Assembly: GCA_051294905.1 (NCBI GenBank)
Contig: CM119372.1
Location: 25,546,001 to 25,610,000 of the forward strand
Length of the DNA: 64,000 nucleotides
Direction of reading: 5' to 3'
Source of the DNA: Botryllus schlosseri
Taxonomy: Eukaryota
Part shown: in pieces, positions 1-22,204 of the stretch
Layout of the letters: each line of letters begins with the position of its first letter
How positions within the stretch are numbered: position 1 is the first letter of the stretch
Notes under the pieces: model-generated
What the model was told of the DNA's origin: nothing
Database searches by the model: none
Seen by the model: only the letters and a program-made list of their open reading frames with translations
Program-made: the position numbers and the translations under genes

Positions 1-689
1 GGAGCCTTCCGTGACGCAGCACTCCGCCAGGCACGGGTCTGCGCTCGTACATTGTGGTTAACGGGCTATTCTCCGCATCCGTACCAGTGAAGTTAATTTT
101 AGTATCTGTAGTGACGTTGGAAATTTTCGCCTCCGGCGCTTCGCGCGGGTATAGTGATTTTGCGGTACTGTCGCGTACGCGTACACCGTATTAGGAAAGA
201 ATATACGGAAATGTCCTAGCCAAGTACACGTCGGCAAGACAATGAAATGTTGAGAAAATACGTTTGCCTATCATACAAGTTCCAAATTCAGCACGTTTTT
301 AGCAGCGATATTACATGAAGTGACCGTCTCATTCTCAGTATTCCGTATCATTGCTATATCTATAATTCAACGCATTCAAAGTGACGGCAAACGCGGTTGC
401 AAATAATAATTGAATAATATGTTCATTGTTCATATTCATATTATTCAATTGTATATTGAAGTTCAGTACCTCCAAGATGATTTTGAACTAATCTGTTCAA
501 CGGCACAGTATATTTAATGTTAGGTTGCATTTTGTGGCGTGTTCACTGTTCACGAACGGCAGAAGTGATTTCGTTGCCTGAGTGCGTAAGCGTAATTTCG
601 ATCCCATGTTAATAATGTTGTCAAACCGTTGACTTTTTAGGCTTTACCAGGGCTTCCTAAATTTCATATCATAGCGCTCATATAAATAG

Positions 690-10038
<9,349 letters not shown>

Positions 10039-10329
10039 CACAAGACGGGGGCTCGGCGCTACGATGATCGCGCCGTCAGAAACTGAGGGGGGACCCACGC
10101 CCGGCGGATGAAATAAGTAAACACAGTGCGGCATCGTCGGCGGCGCGGTCTTGCAGCCGCGCGGCGCTCCGTTGTGCCATACTAATTTTCTAGCAGATGA
10201 TGATATAAATCGTAGTTCCATTGCTTTAGCTATTTTCTATTTCTCTATTCCTGTTTATTATTAACTTTTCACTAAAATGACGTGCGTCTGCTCTTGTCAA
10301 AGCGTATATATGAAATCGATGTTTTATGC

Positions 10330-11124
10330 AGGGCCGGGAATGATGATCCGAGTACTCGAATCTGTAATGAGTATTAATTGCAATGATTCGAGTCTAGTGA
10401 GAGTCGTTTTATTCGAGTACCGAAATTATGCGCAATTTTCCATTAAGATTCTATTACCAACGAGAAATATTGTTTTGATTGGGTTACCATACGTCCATTT
10501 GTTCTCCTTGTTCAGGAAATTGAAAATGTCCTCATTTCTGGCAATTCGTCCTTTTTTAGAGCTTTTACGGCTAGTATAACGGACAGAATAACAGAATAAC
10601 TGAATTTTTTTTTGGTCAACATCATAAGATTCCCAGTAAATATTACAGAATCAGCAGTTTTCAATTTCGTTCAACAAACTTTTATGATTTGGTAAAAGTG
10701 TCCTATCCCGAATCCAAAATATGCTAACCCTAGTTTTGATGCCAACGTGGAATCCGTGAAACCTCGATTGATCGTATCACATCTTCCAAAACATGGAGTA
10801 TGAAGCCGCGCACTATATCGAGAATGGCGTTCCTGTGAAGCCGTGATCAACCAACTCATAGCATTGATGTAAGTGCAATGAAGTACTGATGTAGGTGTGG
10901 TCGAAAACGATGTTACCTTGGTCACAAATTCGTGTATAGACATTGATGAAGTCAGTCCGGACATGCAAAATTAATTTGGATGGCGTGCTTCGTTACCTTT
11001 AACATCTCAAGGCATCATTACTGTTACGCCTTACGACTTGATAGGTGATGCTCGAATACTGGACTCTAAGGTTGATTCTCGACTCAGAATCAGGTCACGC
11101 AGGTACTCGATTTTGCCCGGCCCT
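10330..11124. mobile_element. TIR element downstream of the MEF2 stop codon
   Basis: AGGGCCGGG...CCCGGCCCT termini with subterminal GAGTACTCGA-like motifs; hosts a nested MITE. Confidence 0.55.
10480..10732. mobile_element. hAT-type MITE (TAGG(G/C)TTACC family)
   Basis: Termini (T)GGGTTACCAT / ATGCTAACCCTA; perfect 8-bp TSD GTTTTGAT at 10472-10479 and 10733-10740. Confidence 0.85.
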
Positions 11125-12121
11125 TAAATTCTTTCCCTCGCGAATATGTCCAGTCGGCGTTAGCTTTTATCGCGGCCGACTGTGCGTTTTGTGCTTACGA
11201 TTTAGTCCCGTGGGACGGCTGGCCTAGGTTTTGCCAGACTGCTGCGTTGGCCGATTGTACAGGCGCGCTATGTGCGATGATTCGGTTTCTAAAGCGCGCG
11301 CTCTGCCAACGGTAATCGGCGGGGGTAAGCGCGGTTTGGGGTTTGAGGGTGCGGTGGAATTCTTACTGTTCACTGCCAGCGTGGTTTTGAAGAAGCTTGT
11401 CTCGAAGTGCGAATGTCGTCATTTCTCTATCATGTTACGTCTCTTTTATTAATTTGGGAAACGGTTGAATTCAAATGCAACATATTTTGAATACATGGTT
11501 TTCAGCAGAGCTGGACGTTGGTGTGGCGTGTGTTTTGGTGCCAGCGTAGGGTGGATTGCCGCGAGATGGAGTTGAGATCTGCTGGTGGTAACGATTTAGG
11601 CCACAGTGGTTGTGACAGAGCGATTCCAGTGACGATGTTCTTGTTTGTTATTCGTGAGGTTTCGACAGCATTGGTCATTTTACACCAGGCCGATATTCCA
11701 TATTATGATTATGATTCCTCATTTTACCGACTTGTAAACACGGCCGACTTCTAGGCTTTTAAGACTCCGCCTGTGCGGATCACGTGGTGAAGAGAATCCT
11801 AGATAAACCCCTAGCACTTGGTGAGATAGTGACGATGTAATTGAAATTGTGAATGCATGAGAAACATTAACAGGGGTTATTAACCAGGGGTAACCGTACC
11901 AAACCATTACAATGTGATTTTCACACAGCGAAAACATAATGAATGGAAGTCAATGTGATTTCTGCTGTTCCCTTTTAGAGAACTTGTTGACTTACGGCGC
12001 ACCACTAATCGCAGCTTTTACAATGACTTTGGGTGGAGCCGTAGTGAATTTTAATATTTACGCACTATATTTTTACGTAATCCAATGTATGGTTCGAAAG
12101 CGTGTGTATACGTATAGTTAA

Positions 12122-12444
12122 TAGGATTACCATACGTCCTCCTTTTCCAGGTTTTTCAAAATGTCCTCCGAGAACACCTAAATATCCTCCTTTTTGGCAA
12201 TTCGTCCTCCTTCACAACTTTTAGAGCTAAGATTGTCGATAGTTTCGAGTGAAAATGGGCATAAATGATGCTAAACAGCAAATTCGTGGTTCGAAGTGCG
12301 AACGAAAGTGACGAGTTTTTTTAAGTCAACCTACCAAAATGTCGTGGAAAATTTACCATTTTTTCCGGATTTGACTCCAGTATTTTATGTCTGAAAATTT
12401 TCAAAGAGTGTCCTCCTTTCCCGATTCCAAAATATGGTAACCCC
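12122..12444. mobile_element. hAT-type MITE (TAGG(G/C)TTACC family)
   Basis: TAGGATTACCATACGTCC...AATATGGTAACCC, with GTCCTC repeats like the other copies. Confidence 0.75.
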
Positions 12445-12949
12445 AAAAGTGGCAGGCATACAGTAGGCCTACGCGGAAAAAAATGACGTAAAATTGACTT
12501 TCCGCTTTCATTCTCTGATCAATCATCATATTTTCGTAATAACGGTTCGATTGGCACGAGGCACGAACATAGTAGTAAATACCAACATTACAGACTCACA
12601 TTTGCAAGTTATTGTTACGCAAACGCTATAATTTTGGGTCGACACGGCACCAGACCGATCTGTTAATATGTCTGTGATATTTGTTCAATTTCTTGCGAAA
12701 ACATTTATTCGCGCTTCGCCCGAATTCTTGTGGATATTTTTTTGCATCAATCAGGTTTATTAATATTTTCATCGTTGCAAAACATCACAAGACTACGATA
12801 CAATGAAAAGATATGAAGGTGTCGAAACAACTTGGAGTAGCCTTTAAGATCAGACATCCAACTTAGCCTAGGTGAAGTAAATAAGAGGCATGCACACGGA
12901 ATGAAAAGTAATGCAGAGAATATAATACGCGAGCGACAAAATGAGGTGG

Positions 12950-13700
12950 CATGTGGCGGAGGGCGAGGTCGATGTTAGGTCGTGGTCCGGTAATCCTGGA
13001 AACTGGCTAGTATTCATTTAGAAGAAATTGCTTTTATTTCGACTTGAATGCGGACATGCTCGACGACTGTCGGAGTGTCGGATAGCCGGCGAGATGCTGT
13101 TCCACAATTGGGGTCCGGCATACTTGATAAAGCAATGCGTTTTCTTGTATTCAGTCCTGATCATATGGTGTAAGTTGTTCTTCGTTGACGCGCACGTGCT
13201 ATACTTGTGCGCTTTTGTCTCCGAGGTGAAGTAGTCGTTGAAATTTGAGGTACATTGACCTCAATGGAACTGATACATAAACTTGGCAATTTCTAGCTTC
13301 CTCATATCTTCTAAGTTTAGAACACCAAATATTTTGAGAAGCGATTTATCAGTTGCACATCCAGGCCCCCGTGGGGCTTTGGCAATGATAGGCCTACGGA
13401 TGATCAGATGTTGAAGTTTTTGCAGTGGGCCAATTGTATTCTTGCAGGCAGCACCCCAACAAGGAATTCTGTATTGTAACTTTGATAGGAATAGAGTGTT
13501 GAAGAGTATCAACAGCACGCTGACTGGCAGTGTAGCTAATGCGGCGAAATAGACCACATACCTTCCATAGTAGTGGTTTGAGTGATTATTGTACGTGACT
13601 CTTCCAGGACATGTCCGAATCCAGTAAAACACCAAGGTATTTTGCATAACGCCCAAGGTCACTGTGTTGGTTAGGCCTACTATAGCCATAGGTGAGACAC
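12950..13700 (-). mobile_element. Decayed CR1/L2-group LINE 3' fragment
   Basis: Frameshifted minus-strand peptides KYLGVLLDSDMSWKSHV, SKLQY..CWG...LQKLQ, KFMYQF and KYAGPQLWNSI, typical of the CR1-group RT C-terminus. Confidence 0.8.
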
Positions 13701-13993
13701 GCAGAAAATATGGCTTGATCATGGAAATGTACCAACCTTTGTATTTCACAAATTGGTTTCAACTCATGATAAGATTTGTACAACTGGTTTCTGTGATAAA
13801 CACTGTGGAAGCCCGTTGGAATGCTTTAATGTAGGGGTGTGCAACGAGGGAGTGCGAGCCAACGCGACACATATATTTCGAGGTAAACGCCTTCTGCTTC
13901 CGGACACATGTCATCCGACAATCGACGAGCATGTCCACTTGTCCAGTGTCCACATTCAAGTCATAATACAAGCAATATCTACTAAATAAATAC

Positions 13994-14624
13994 TAGAGAT
14001 GTGAAAAAAATAGCAGCCTGTTAAAAAGTAACAGTTAAGCTTTTCAAGTAGCAGTAGCAGTTACCTGATAACCCGAATCACAGTTAACCGAATAGCACTT
14101 AAGCACATAGCCTTGACATTCAATACATTTATCCCGGTAGTTCTCTGGTTTGTTTCATCATTCGAGAAATGAGTGTCACTGCAGTACAGTCTCAACCAGA
14201 AAACCACATCACACTCGTGACAATAACAGGGCTTATCCTCAACCAACGCCCAATTTGACTGGACATCTTCGGTTGCTAAATTAAATCCATGTTTGTCATG
14301 AAGGGCATAAAGTGGGCGCTTCTGTAAATATACTCCATGAAAGGATTTTCTGCAAGCGTAATAGTAAGATGAGGCCAGACGACTCCGTATGATTATGATT
14401 TCAATCATAATCAATTGTTAGTTTAAAGTTGAGGTTTGATATCGGCGAGTTGAGAAGTGAACTAATACATTTCCACTTTTTCGACTAAATTAGCAGTCAA
14501 TTGTGACGTATAGGCTTTACCTCCAATTTAACTGCTAAAAAGTAACAGTTAAAAATCACAGTTAAGATTTCGAAAGTAGCAGTTGGTAACTGCTACTGCA
14601 AAATATCGGTTAAGCCCATCTCTA
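13994..14624. mobile_element. hAT-type non-autonomous element
   Basis: TAGAGATG...CATCTCTA termini; perfect 8-bp TSD ATAAATAC; subterminal AGTA(A/G)CAG repeats. Confidence 0.85.
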
Positions 14625-14653
14625 ATAAATACTAGACCGCCCTCAAGATTAAC

Positions 14654-15248
14654 TATAGATAACTAACCTACGGATAGATGGGCAGCACGAGAGTCACGGT
14701 CGAGTGATGCGACAACGGCAGATTTGTTGTCGTTTCATAGCATGAAACGGGAGCGTAATTGCTAATCCCATAGATGACGACCCGAGCGCTCAAATTAAAT
14801 AAAGTTGATCTTATTTAAAAGCTACAGTCGCGCTGATTCTGATAATATACATTAAATTTACATCAAGGCAATGGAACCACCTCGAAAAAGCCTTCAAAAT
14901 ATGAAAATCGGCATTGTTCTAAACAATCGCAACCACGCACGGACCGTTGTTATGGTCATTGTGCTGCGCCGTTGCAATTGTTTTAGAACAATGCCGATTT
15001 TCATATTTCGAAGGCTATTTCGAGGTGGTTCCATTGCCTTGATGTAAATTTAATGTATATTATCAGAATCAGCGCGACTGTAGCTTTCAAATAAGATCAA
15101 CTTTATTTAATTTGAGCGCTCGGGTCGTCATCTATGGGATTAGCAATTACGCTCCCGTTTCATGCTATGAAGCGACAAATCTGCCGTTGTCGCATCACTC
15201 GACCGTGACTCTCGTGCTGCCCATCTATCCGTAGGTTAGTTATCTATA
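14654..15248. mobile_element. Foldback (near-perfect palindromic) element A, TATAG...CTATA
   Basis: ~275-bp near-identical inverted arms; perfect 7-bp TSD GATTAAC at 14647-14653 and 15249-15255. Confidence 0.92.
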
Positions 15249-15262
15249 GATTAACGATCTTG

Positions 15263-15435
15263 CCTTTTCATTTAGCATTGTGATCGAGTTTTGAATTGTG
15301 ACGCAATAATGCTGTCTGTTCCTTCTTCTTGGCTTCACTATAGAATGTAAACATTCTATAGCTTCACTCTCGTTTTACCAGACAGAATTGTTGCGTCACA
15401 ATGTCAAAACTCGATCACGATGCAAAATTCGAGGC
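15263..15435. mobile_element. Small palindromic MITE hosting a 22-bp TATAG...CTATA insert
   Basis: Inverted arms GCATTGTGATCGAGTTTTGAATTGTGACGCAA / TTGCGTCACAATGTCAAAACTCGATCACGATGC. Confidence 0.7.
15339..15360. mobile_element. Minimal TATAG...CTATA element or excision footprint
   Basis: TATAGAATGT-AA-ACATTCTATA flanked by the perfect 7-bp direct repeat GCTTCAC. Confidence 0.8.
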
Positions 15436-15949
15436 TGATTTGGGGGGTTCCAAGACCATGAGCAGAATAAAATTTTATCTTTTCGTAATCGGTACAGCAG
15501 CAGCTTTCCATTTATACCCATTTTATCTAATTTACCGGATTAATCGGATTTCAGTACTCGACTATTTTGCCTTGACGCTAAGATTTTAACATTCTCTTTA
15601 CATAGATCCCTTGGGCGGTAGACCGCGGCCTTCCGAAGGGTTCACGGGCCTCAATTTAGGAATTTAGCGTTACACACTTGTTTTGTTGGCTCATGCAGAC
15701 TCATTTCAATACTTGTTGACATTTCTATCTAAAACGTTCAAAAAAATCTATATTTTGGTAGATGCCAAAAATACCAAAACTACGTTATTTTTGGCATTTC
15801 ACAATTTTTATTTTTGGCAGTTTTGGCATTTGGTTCCCGAAATGCTCAAAATAACACGACCTGCACATTGCACATGTACACTGGATGAAAAGAAAGGATA
15901 ACATAAAAGGACTAGCGATGAAAATCAATGTAGCATATGTTTGTATGCA

Positions 15950-16130
15950 AGGTCGATGTATCATGTCGTGGTCCGGTAATGTTGAGGGCTATATCAGTAG
16001 AAACTGCTTGTATTTCACCTTGAAAGTGAACACTGGACATCCTTGACGACTGTCGGATACTGCTTCACAGTTGTGGTCCAGCATACTTGATAGAACGTTG
16101 ATCGGGGTCGTCAACCAAAAGGCTGGGAAC
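15950..16130 (-). mobile_element. Short CR1-like 3' end fragment
   Basis: Shares gtcgtggtccggtaat, gacgactgtcgga and IKYAGPQL with 12950-13140. Confidence 0.65.
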
Positions 16131-17699
16131 CAATGCTGCATGATACTTGTACACTCGCAGGCTCGGCATCGGTGGGCTTTTTATGCTCCATCCACTCAAG
16201 ACGAACAATGTACAACGCAAGACACACTGCGCTATAAACAGCAGATGGGGGACTATCGAATGGACCAACTACTATGTCTCTTAGAGTCACACCGAAAAAT
16301 TGCATCAAAATGGTAGAGCAATTAAAATGAAAGGTGTGAGTCGGTACAGCCTACGCCAGGGGTTGGCAACCTATACGGCCCGCAACACCGTGTTGTGCGG
16401 CCCCCGGAAGCCTCGAGAATCGTTGTAAAAATATTGATAAAATGCGAACGAATATCAAATTACTGTGGGTATCGTACTTGATTTAACTTTTTCTTAATAT
16501 ATTCTATGACAGATATAGCCCGTCCGTCGTCTGCGGATAGTATACGGCAAGTCCGTTGTCTACGGATATCAGCTTACAGTTTATACTTAACTGACACTTC
16601 CGCAGTAGCTGACACGAACGTCCTGTGTTCGGTGTAGTTCTTGACTGGCAGTTCAATAGAGACGACAACAATTGCCTTTTCCAGATATATTGTACAGTAA
16701 TTCGGATAGTTTTAGCAGTAAGTTTCAGCGTACATGAGTCTCGTATATGATCTATTACACGATATGCGCTAGGTAATATACCAGCGATAAGTCACGTGAT
16801 ATAGCATTATACCATAACAGATAGGAGAGAGAAGGGGCCAGAGCTCCACAATTCTAACATAATAATGATGAGTTATATTCTTATCAAGTTGAGTTTGAGA
16901 CGCCGATCCCGACTTTTATTCACGACTCACTCCCATCTAAATTTGCACTGTGCCCCCGGCTCTTTAAAATCGTATTGTAAAAAGTGCGACTCGATCCCGA
17001 CTCCCGCCTTTGACGAGCGAAGCGAAATGTATTACGGGTCGTGAAGTCTTTACATAAATCGTGTATTCAGTCACGTACAGTGCACGGAACGTCCGCTTAG
17101 CTTGGCCGTCATGAACTGCAGTTCGTCACGTCATGTCGCAGATGACTTGCTCCGCTCAGTCGTCGAGTAATCACGATGTCATTTCGCTTTCGTTATAGGG
17201 CTATTTTAATCTCCGGATAAAAATGACAGGCCCCGACAGAGTACTCATATCGTTTGTTACAACACTGTATAAGTTACTATAGCAGGAGTAGCCAACTAAA
17301 AATGGTTCGCGGGCCACTTTTCAAATTTTGCAGAGGCCGCGGGCCACAAGAATGCAATGTCGAGACAAAATAGGCCACACAGTTGAGCCAGACATATGCC
17401 ACTCCTGGTTTCTTCTACCCAGATCCGTTTTTTTTATCATCACCGGGTTTCTGGGTTTTTGTCCCTCAAATCTGGATTTTTTCAACATCATGTTCGTCAA
17501 GTCAGTTTTACGCTCGAAAATTAATCATTAGATTAATAAGATCATAATATCATAAAATGCACGCTCTTGAGTTCGCCATTGTGAATGGATTTCGCTGTTA
17601 TTGTAAGTTTGTAACGACAGCGTCTTTGAGATACTGTTTCATTACTTAACTGATAGGTCTTCGCGTGATGCGATGGAGCTTCATTGAATAGTAACTTCC

Positions 17700-18570
17700 A
17701 GGTCGCAAAAAGTCATGTTCATAGGGCAACTTATTGGATCCGCTGTCTTACAGTTAAAAACGATTTAAGACTTGAATGCCAGTAGCACTCCAAAAATTTA
17801 GTAACAACAGGGACACTCGGACGGAGACCGAGATCCAGTTGTGTACACCCCCAGCAAGTTAGTCAGAGGCTTTGATGGTTATCAGAACATTCGAATACAC
17901 CCTGAATTTCATGGTTTAGAAGTTATTTTTTCGACTAAACATGGGTCTGTGTGAGTGTGACTATCATGTCGTTCTCAGTTATTCCATCAATATAAACGTG
18001 ACCTGATGCGAGAACTTTCTTTGTTAAAAAAGCAGTTTGTCAAGCCTAAAAATTGTACATTTGCCTAATGGAAATGTATTTCTCTCGTACCAATTGGTAA
18101 TTCTACTTAGATGAAAGAGGAGTATAAAGCTATCAAATTTGTCCCTGGAAAGCTTAACTAAAATACTCATATGCGTCTCATCTCTTTTCACTTGTAAATG
18201 GATAATGGATCTCAGATTCGAATACGGACTAATGATTACAATTTCATATTAAGAAAGGTGCTCACTGCATGGAATCCCTTCTAGGATGCAGTAAGTAAAA
18301 GTTTTTGGAAGATCACAAAGCACCGAACTCCAAATAGTTGGTCCGAGAATTGGTATCTGCATATGGAAACCACGTATCAAACATGAGCATTAAATCTCAC
18401 TTCATGTTCAGTCATCTTGATATATTTTCTAATAATATTGTTGATTAGAGGGAATAGAAAGGGAAATGGGTCCACCAATACATCATAACAACATGAGAAA
18501 GATATCAGTGCAGATGCGACGAACATATTATGGCAGACTTGCCGGAGCCTTTCGAAAAACTGCACTAAAT
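17700..18570 (+). pseudogene. Decayed Chapaev3-like (CMC) transposase
   Basis: Stop-riddled HKAPN...LVRELVSAY...NMSIKSHFMFSHLDIF...ERYQ...IMAD matches the recalled MSLKIHFLHSHLDFF...RYQG motif. Confidence 0.65.
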
Positions 18571-18733
18571 TGCTTACAACCGAAAATAGTACAATAACCA
18601 ATTTTGCTTTAAGATAGGTTATTAATATTATATTCCAACTGAATATTTTGAATTTAAAATAGGTGGTTGACATAAAACTAATTAAATTATTGCAACGTTA
18701 TTTGAGTATCTAGGTATATACTTATATACATGG

Positions 18734-19470
18734 CAGTGTTGGGATCAAGTCACTACCTTCGAGTCACGAGTCATTTCGAGTCACTGCACATTTTGACTCG
18801 AGTCAAGTCAAGTCAATCGATTTTCGAAAGTGACTCGAGTCAAGTCAAGTCACCCGATTTTTGGAGGTGACTCGAGTCAAGTCGAGTCAAGTCAAGTCAC
18901 GAGTCAAGTCACAATTCAAGTCAAGTTGCCTTTTCGAAGTATGGGGCATGATTACGTCATTGCATTATTCTAGCTGTCTGAAATACAGATTGAGTAGTCA
19001 TTGATTCTGAACCGATGAACGAATGCAGAGTTAAATATAGACGCTGTATCGCTCACATTTATGTAGAAGTCAGTGTTGGGATGACTCGAGTCACCTTTTT
19101 CGTATGACTTGACTTGACTCGAGTCACTTTGCAAAATGACTTGACTTGACTTGACTCGCCGTATCAGAAATGTGGATTGAATTGGGACTCGGAGCAAAAT
19201 TAACGAGTCAATTTCAAGTCATCAAGTAATCGGTGTGGATAAAAATCACTGTATCTTGCATATGGTCGAATTGTTCGCGAAATGCTGGCGTAACCCGCAA
19301 TCATTAAATGATTCAATGATTTAATGAGCCACCATTGTCCTCTCGCAAATAAATTGACCTCAAACGAAGTGATCGAAGCTTACAGCTTACGTTGTCGTAA
19401 ACTAGTATAGTAAAGTAATTTAACAGCAAAATGTCTATTTCTGTTTTTACCTTAACCAAGCCTCTTGTTT
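18734..19470. mobile_element. Rearranged CAGTGTTGGG-family element (left end plus inverted right end)
   Basis: Left end at 18734 with GAGTCAAGTC arrays; a right end in reverse orientation begins at 19071. Confidence 0.7.
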
Positions 19471-19652
19471 TATTGATATTGAATTCGAATATAGTTTATA
19501 TAGTTTTCAATCATTGGCGCAGGCTCGAATTGTATCATATCAATTTGTAAGTGGGTAATGTATTGCATCTTATCAATTCGTTTCATTATTCTCTATTCTG
19601 CTAAGAACTATACACTGAGGCTATGCAATTACTTACGTAGTTTAACACTTTT

Positions 19653-20615
19653 CAGTGTTGGGAATCACTGCCTTCGAGTCACGAGTCATCTCGAGTCATT
19701 GCAAATTTTGACTCGAGTCAAGTCAAGTCAATCGATTTTCGAAGGTGACTCGAGTCTAGTCAGGTCACTCGATTTTTGGAGGTGACTCGAGTCCAGTCGA
19801 GTCAAGTCAAGTCAAGTCACGAGTCAAGTCACAATTCAAGTCAAATTGAATTTTCTAAGTATGAGTGATGCTTCAAAGTCATAACATTTTGCCAGCTGCG
19901 TGAATGACAGATTATTAAGCCATTTATCTTGAACCAAATCACGAATATAAAGTTAAATATGCATGCAAAAAGGCGTTGTATCGCACAGACACACGTAGAA
20001 CTGCTAATGAAATAAGTGAGAAACTGTATATAGTTACATGCACAGTCTGTTATTATCAGCTAAAATAGAGGATCGAATACGAAGCCTCGAGAAATTTAAA
20101 CAAATTTATATGGTACAATACACTACCCATCCGTGAGAACTTAAACGCATAAACTATATTCATTCGATTTAAATCATACATGAGGGTTGGTAAAGGTGAT
20201 CACTGCGCAATGTAAGCTCTGAGCCGACTAAGAAACACAGATACGTTGCTATTAATCAACTGCTACTACTACTATGGCAACGTATGCTGTGATCATTCCG
20301 TTTACGGCCAATTTATTTGTGATGTAACAATGGAGGACCAGTGAAACGTATACAAAAGTACATGGCTGGTTGCTCTCACGTGTGTCGTCACCGGCGTATC
20401 CCGAATAGTCCGAATATGCAGTGATTTAGTCAACACCATTTACTTATTGATGACTTGAAATTGACTCGTAAATTTTGCTTCGAGTCACGAGTCAATCCGC
20501 ATTTCTGAAGCGTCGAGTCAAGTCAAGTCAAGTCATTTTGGCAACGTGACTCGAGTCAAGTCAAGTCATACTAGAAAGTTGACTCGAGTCAATGACTCGA
20601 GTCATCCCAACACTG
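19653..20615 (+). mobile_element. CAGTGTTGGG-family hAT-type non-autonomous element
   Basis: TIRs CAGTGTTGGGA / TCCCAACACTG; subterminal GACTCGAGTCAAGTC arrays; homologous to 44832-46334 and 50617-54218. Confidence 0.85.
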
Positions 20616-20859
20616 ATTATTATTAAACCATGTAACAACATTTTGCAAACTTGTAGTCGAGTAAAAATTTTCCTGTATTGTGTTCTGCTATTCTAAACTA
20701 ATCACTAAAATACAAAAAAAAATTCCGAGGTTTCCCTAGTCTTCGAGAAATGTCACTTTTTCAGATTTCTAGTTTTACCCAAAATTTCCATGTAATAATC
20801 AGCATAATTCGTTACTCGTGATTTGCGTCTATGAAATGAGAAATCTTCTCTTATTATGG

Positions 20860-21610
20860 ACCACAAATATAAGCCCCCAGCATAATGATGCATCTCCACC
20901 TTCCTTAGTATCCTCTTTCCAAATCAGAAATATCCTTCTGAAACACTTCACCATGTTCCACGCATACATCACCCATTTATTTGGACTAGAAAAATCAATG
21001 TGAGAGTGCAGGTTATGAGTTTTTAAGGACATGCCCCACTGCATTCTTCCGTGCACTTTTTCATCCATTTTCATACATTATATCGAGAATAGTGTTCATG
21101 TCAGCTCGGAAATCCCATAAACAAAGAAAACAAGAATGCTCTGTATAACATCTTTGGAATCCTGTCAAGAAGCCAATCATTTTTAAATCTCGGCAGAGTT
21201 ACCAGTTGTATATCTGGCATAGTTAATACTATTAAGAAGAAGTTTCACATTTTTGTTATATTTTATCATTCGGGCAGAATGCCCAACGGGTGTAGATGGA
21301 TCCTGGTTTGCATTGCTAGGGAACACTCATTTTGGACGTTAGGAATATCTGCCACTGGCTTAGGTCATTGGCAATTCCTATGTCTTTAAAAAGGTTGTCA
21401 ACATTGCTGCACAAGCAAAGAGACCCTGCCGCAGAAAATTACCTTGAAAATATTTCATGCCTTTTTCTCGCTGAAGAACATCGGCACTTGAATCAAGCAA
21501 GTTCCCTACTTTAAACCTTGAAGTCAAAAGATCCGCATTTGATTTAGTCACGTAACTTTTTAGTTCTTCTGAACCCTGAAATGTCACCCATATTACAGTA
21601 ACAGCCATCT
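20860..21610 (-). pseudogene. Decayed Chapaev3-like transposase (second copy)
   Basis: KSNADLLTSRFKVGNLL and GMSLKTHNLHSHIDF motifs; frameshifted. Confidence 0.65.
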
Positions 21611-22204
21611 ATAAGTTTCCGGGGCTCCTCCAGATTATTTAATACAGGGTTACCAATACGTCATCCTTTAGGAGGATTTGTCCTCCTTTTGCAGGTTTTT
21701 GGAAATGTCCTCCGAGGACCCGTAAATATCCTCCTTTTTGAGATGTTGTCCTCTTTTTTGTGAATTTTTGTTAAACGTAGGGCAAAATCGACTGAGATAG
21801 GCCTACAGTAAATCAGCACTGAAGTAACGTTCCGTCGACTATTTTGGGAGCTGAGCCGGAAAGTTGACCTTTTTTTTGTTGGTCAACCATATAATAATGT
21901 GAAAGAAAAACTGTATTTCGGTCACTGAGCGAGAAAGTTGACCTTTTTCTTTAGTCAACCACCTTTAATGTGTAGGAAAAACTGTAATTTTTACAGCCTG
22001 ACTGTATAGAGTCAAGTGTAGCCTACCTGTTTGATGCTGGTGTGATCAGTCTAGTTGACCTTCACGGTCGTATCGATCATTCCTATCTGATACCGAATAC
22101 TGTGCCAAGTGTGCATGCATTTTTTATGTAACACCATCGTTGCCGTCTGTTTTTCATGTATTTTGGTTGGATGAAAATAAAGACTCTCTCTTTCTTTCTC
22201 TTTT

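Noticed and set aside
680..689. MEF2 autoregulatory site ATATAAATAG (also near 2251)
   Set aside because: Mismatch to YTA(W)4TAR at position 1; expected by chance in AT-rich DNA.
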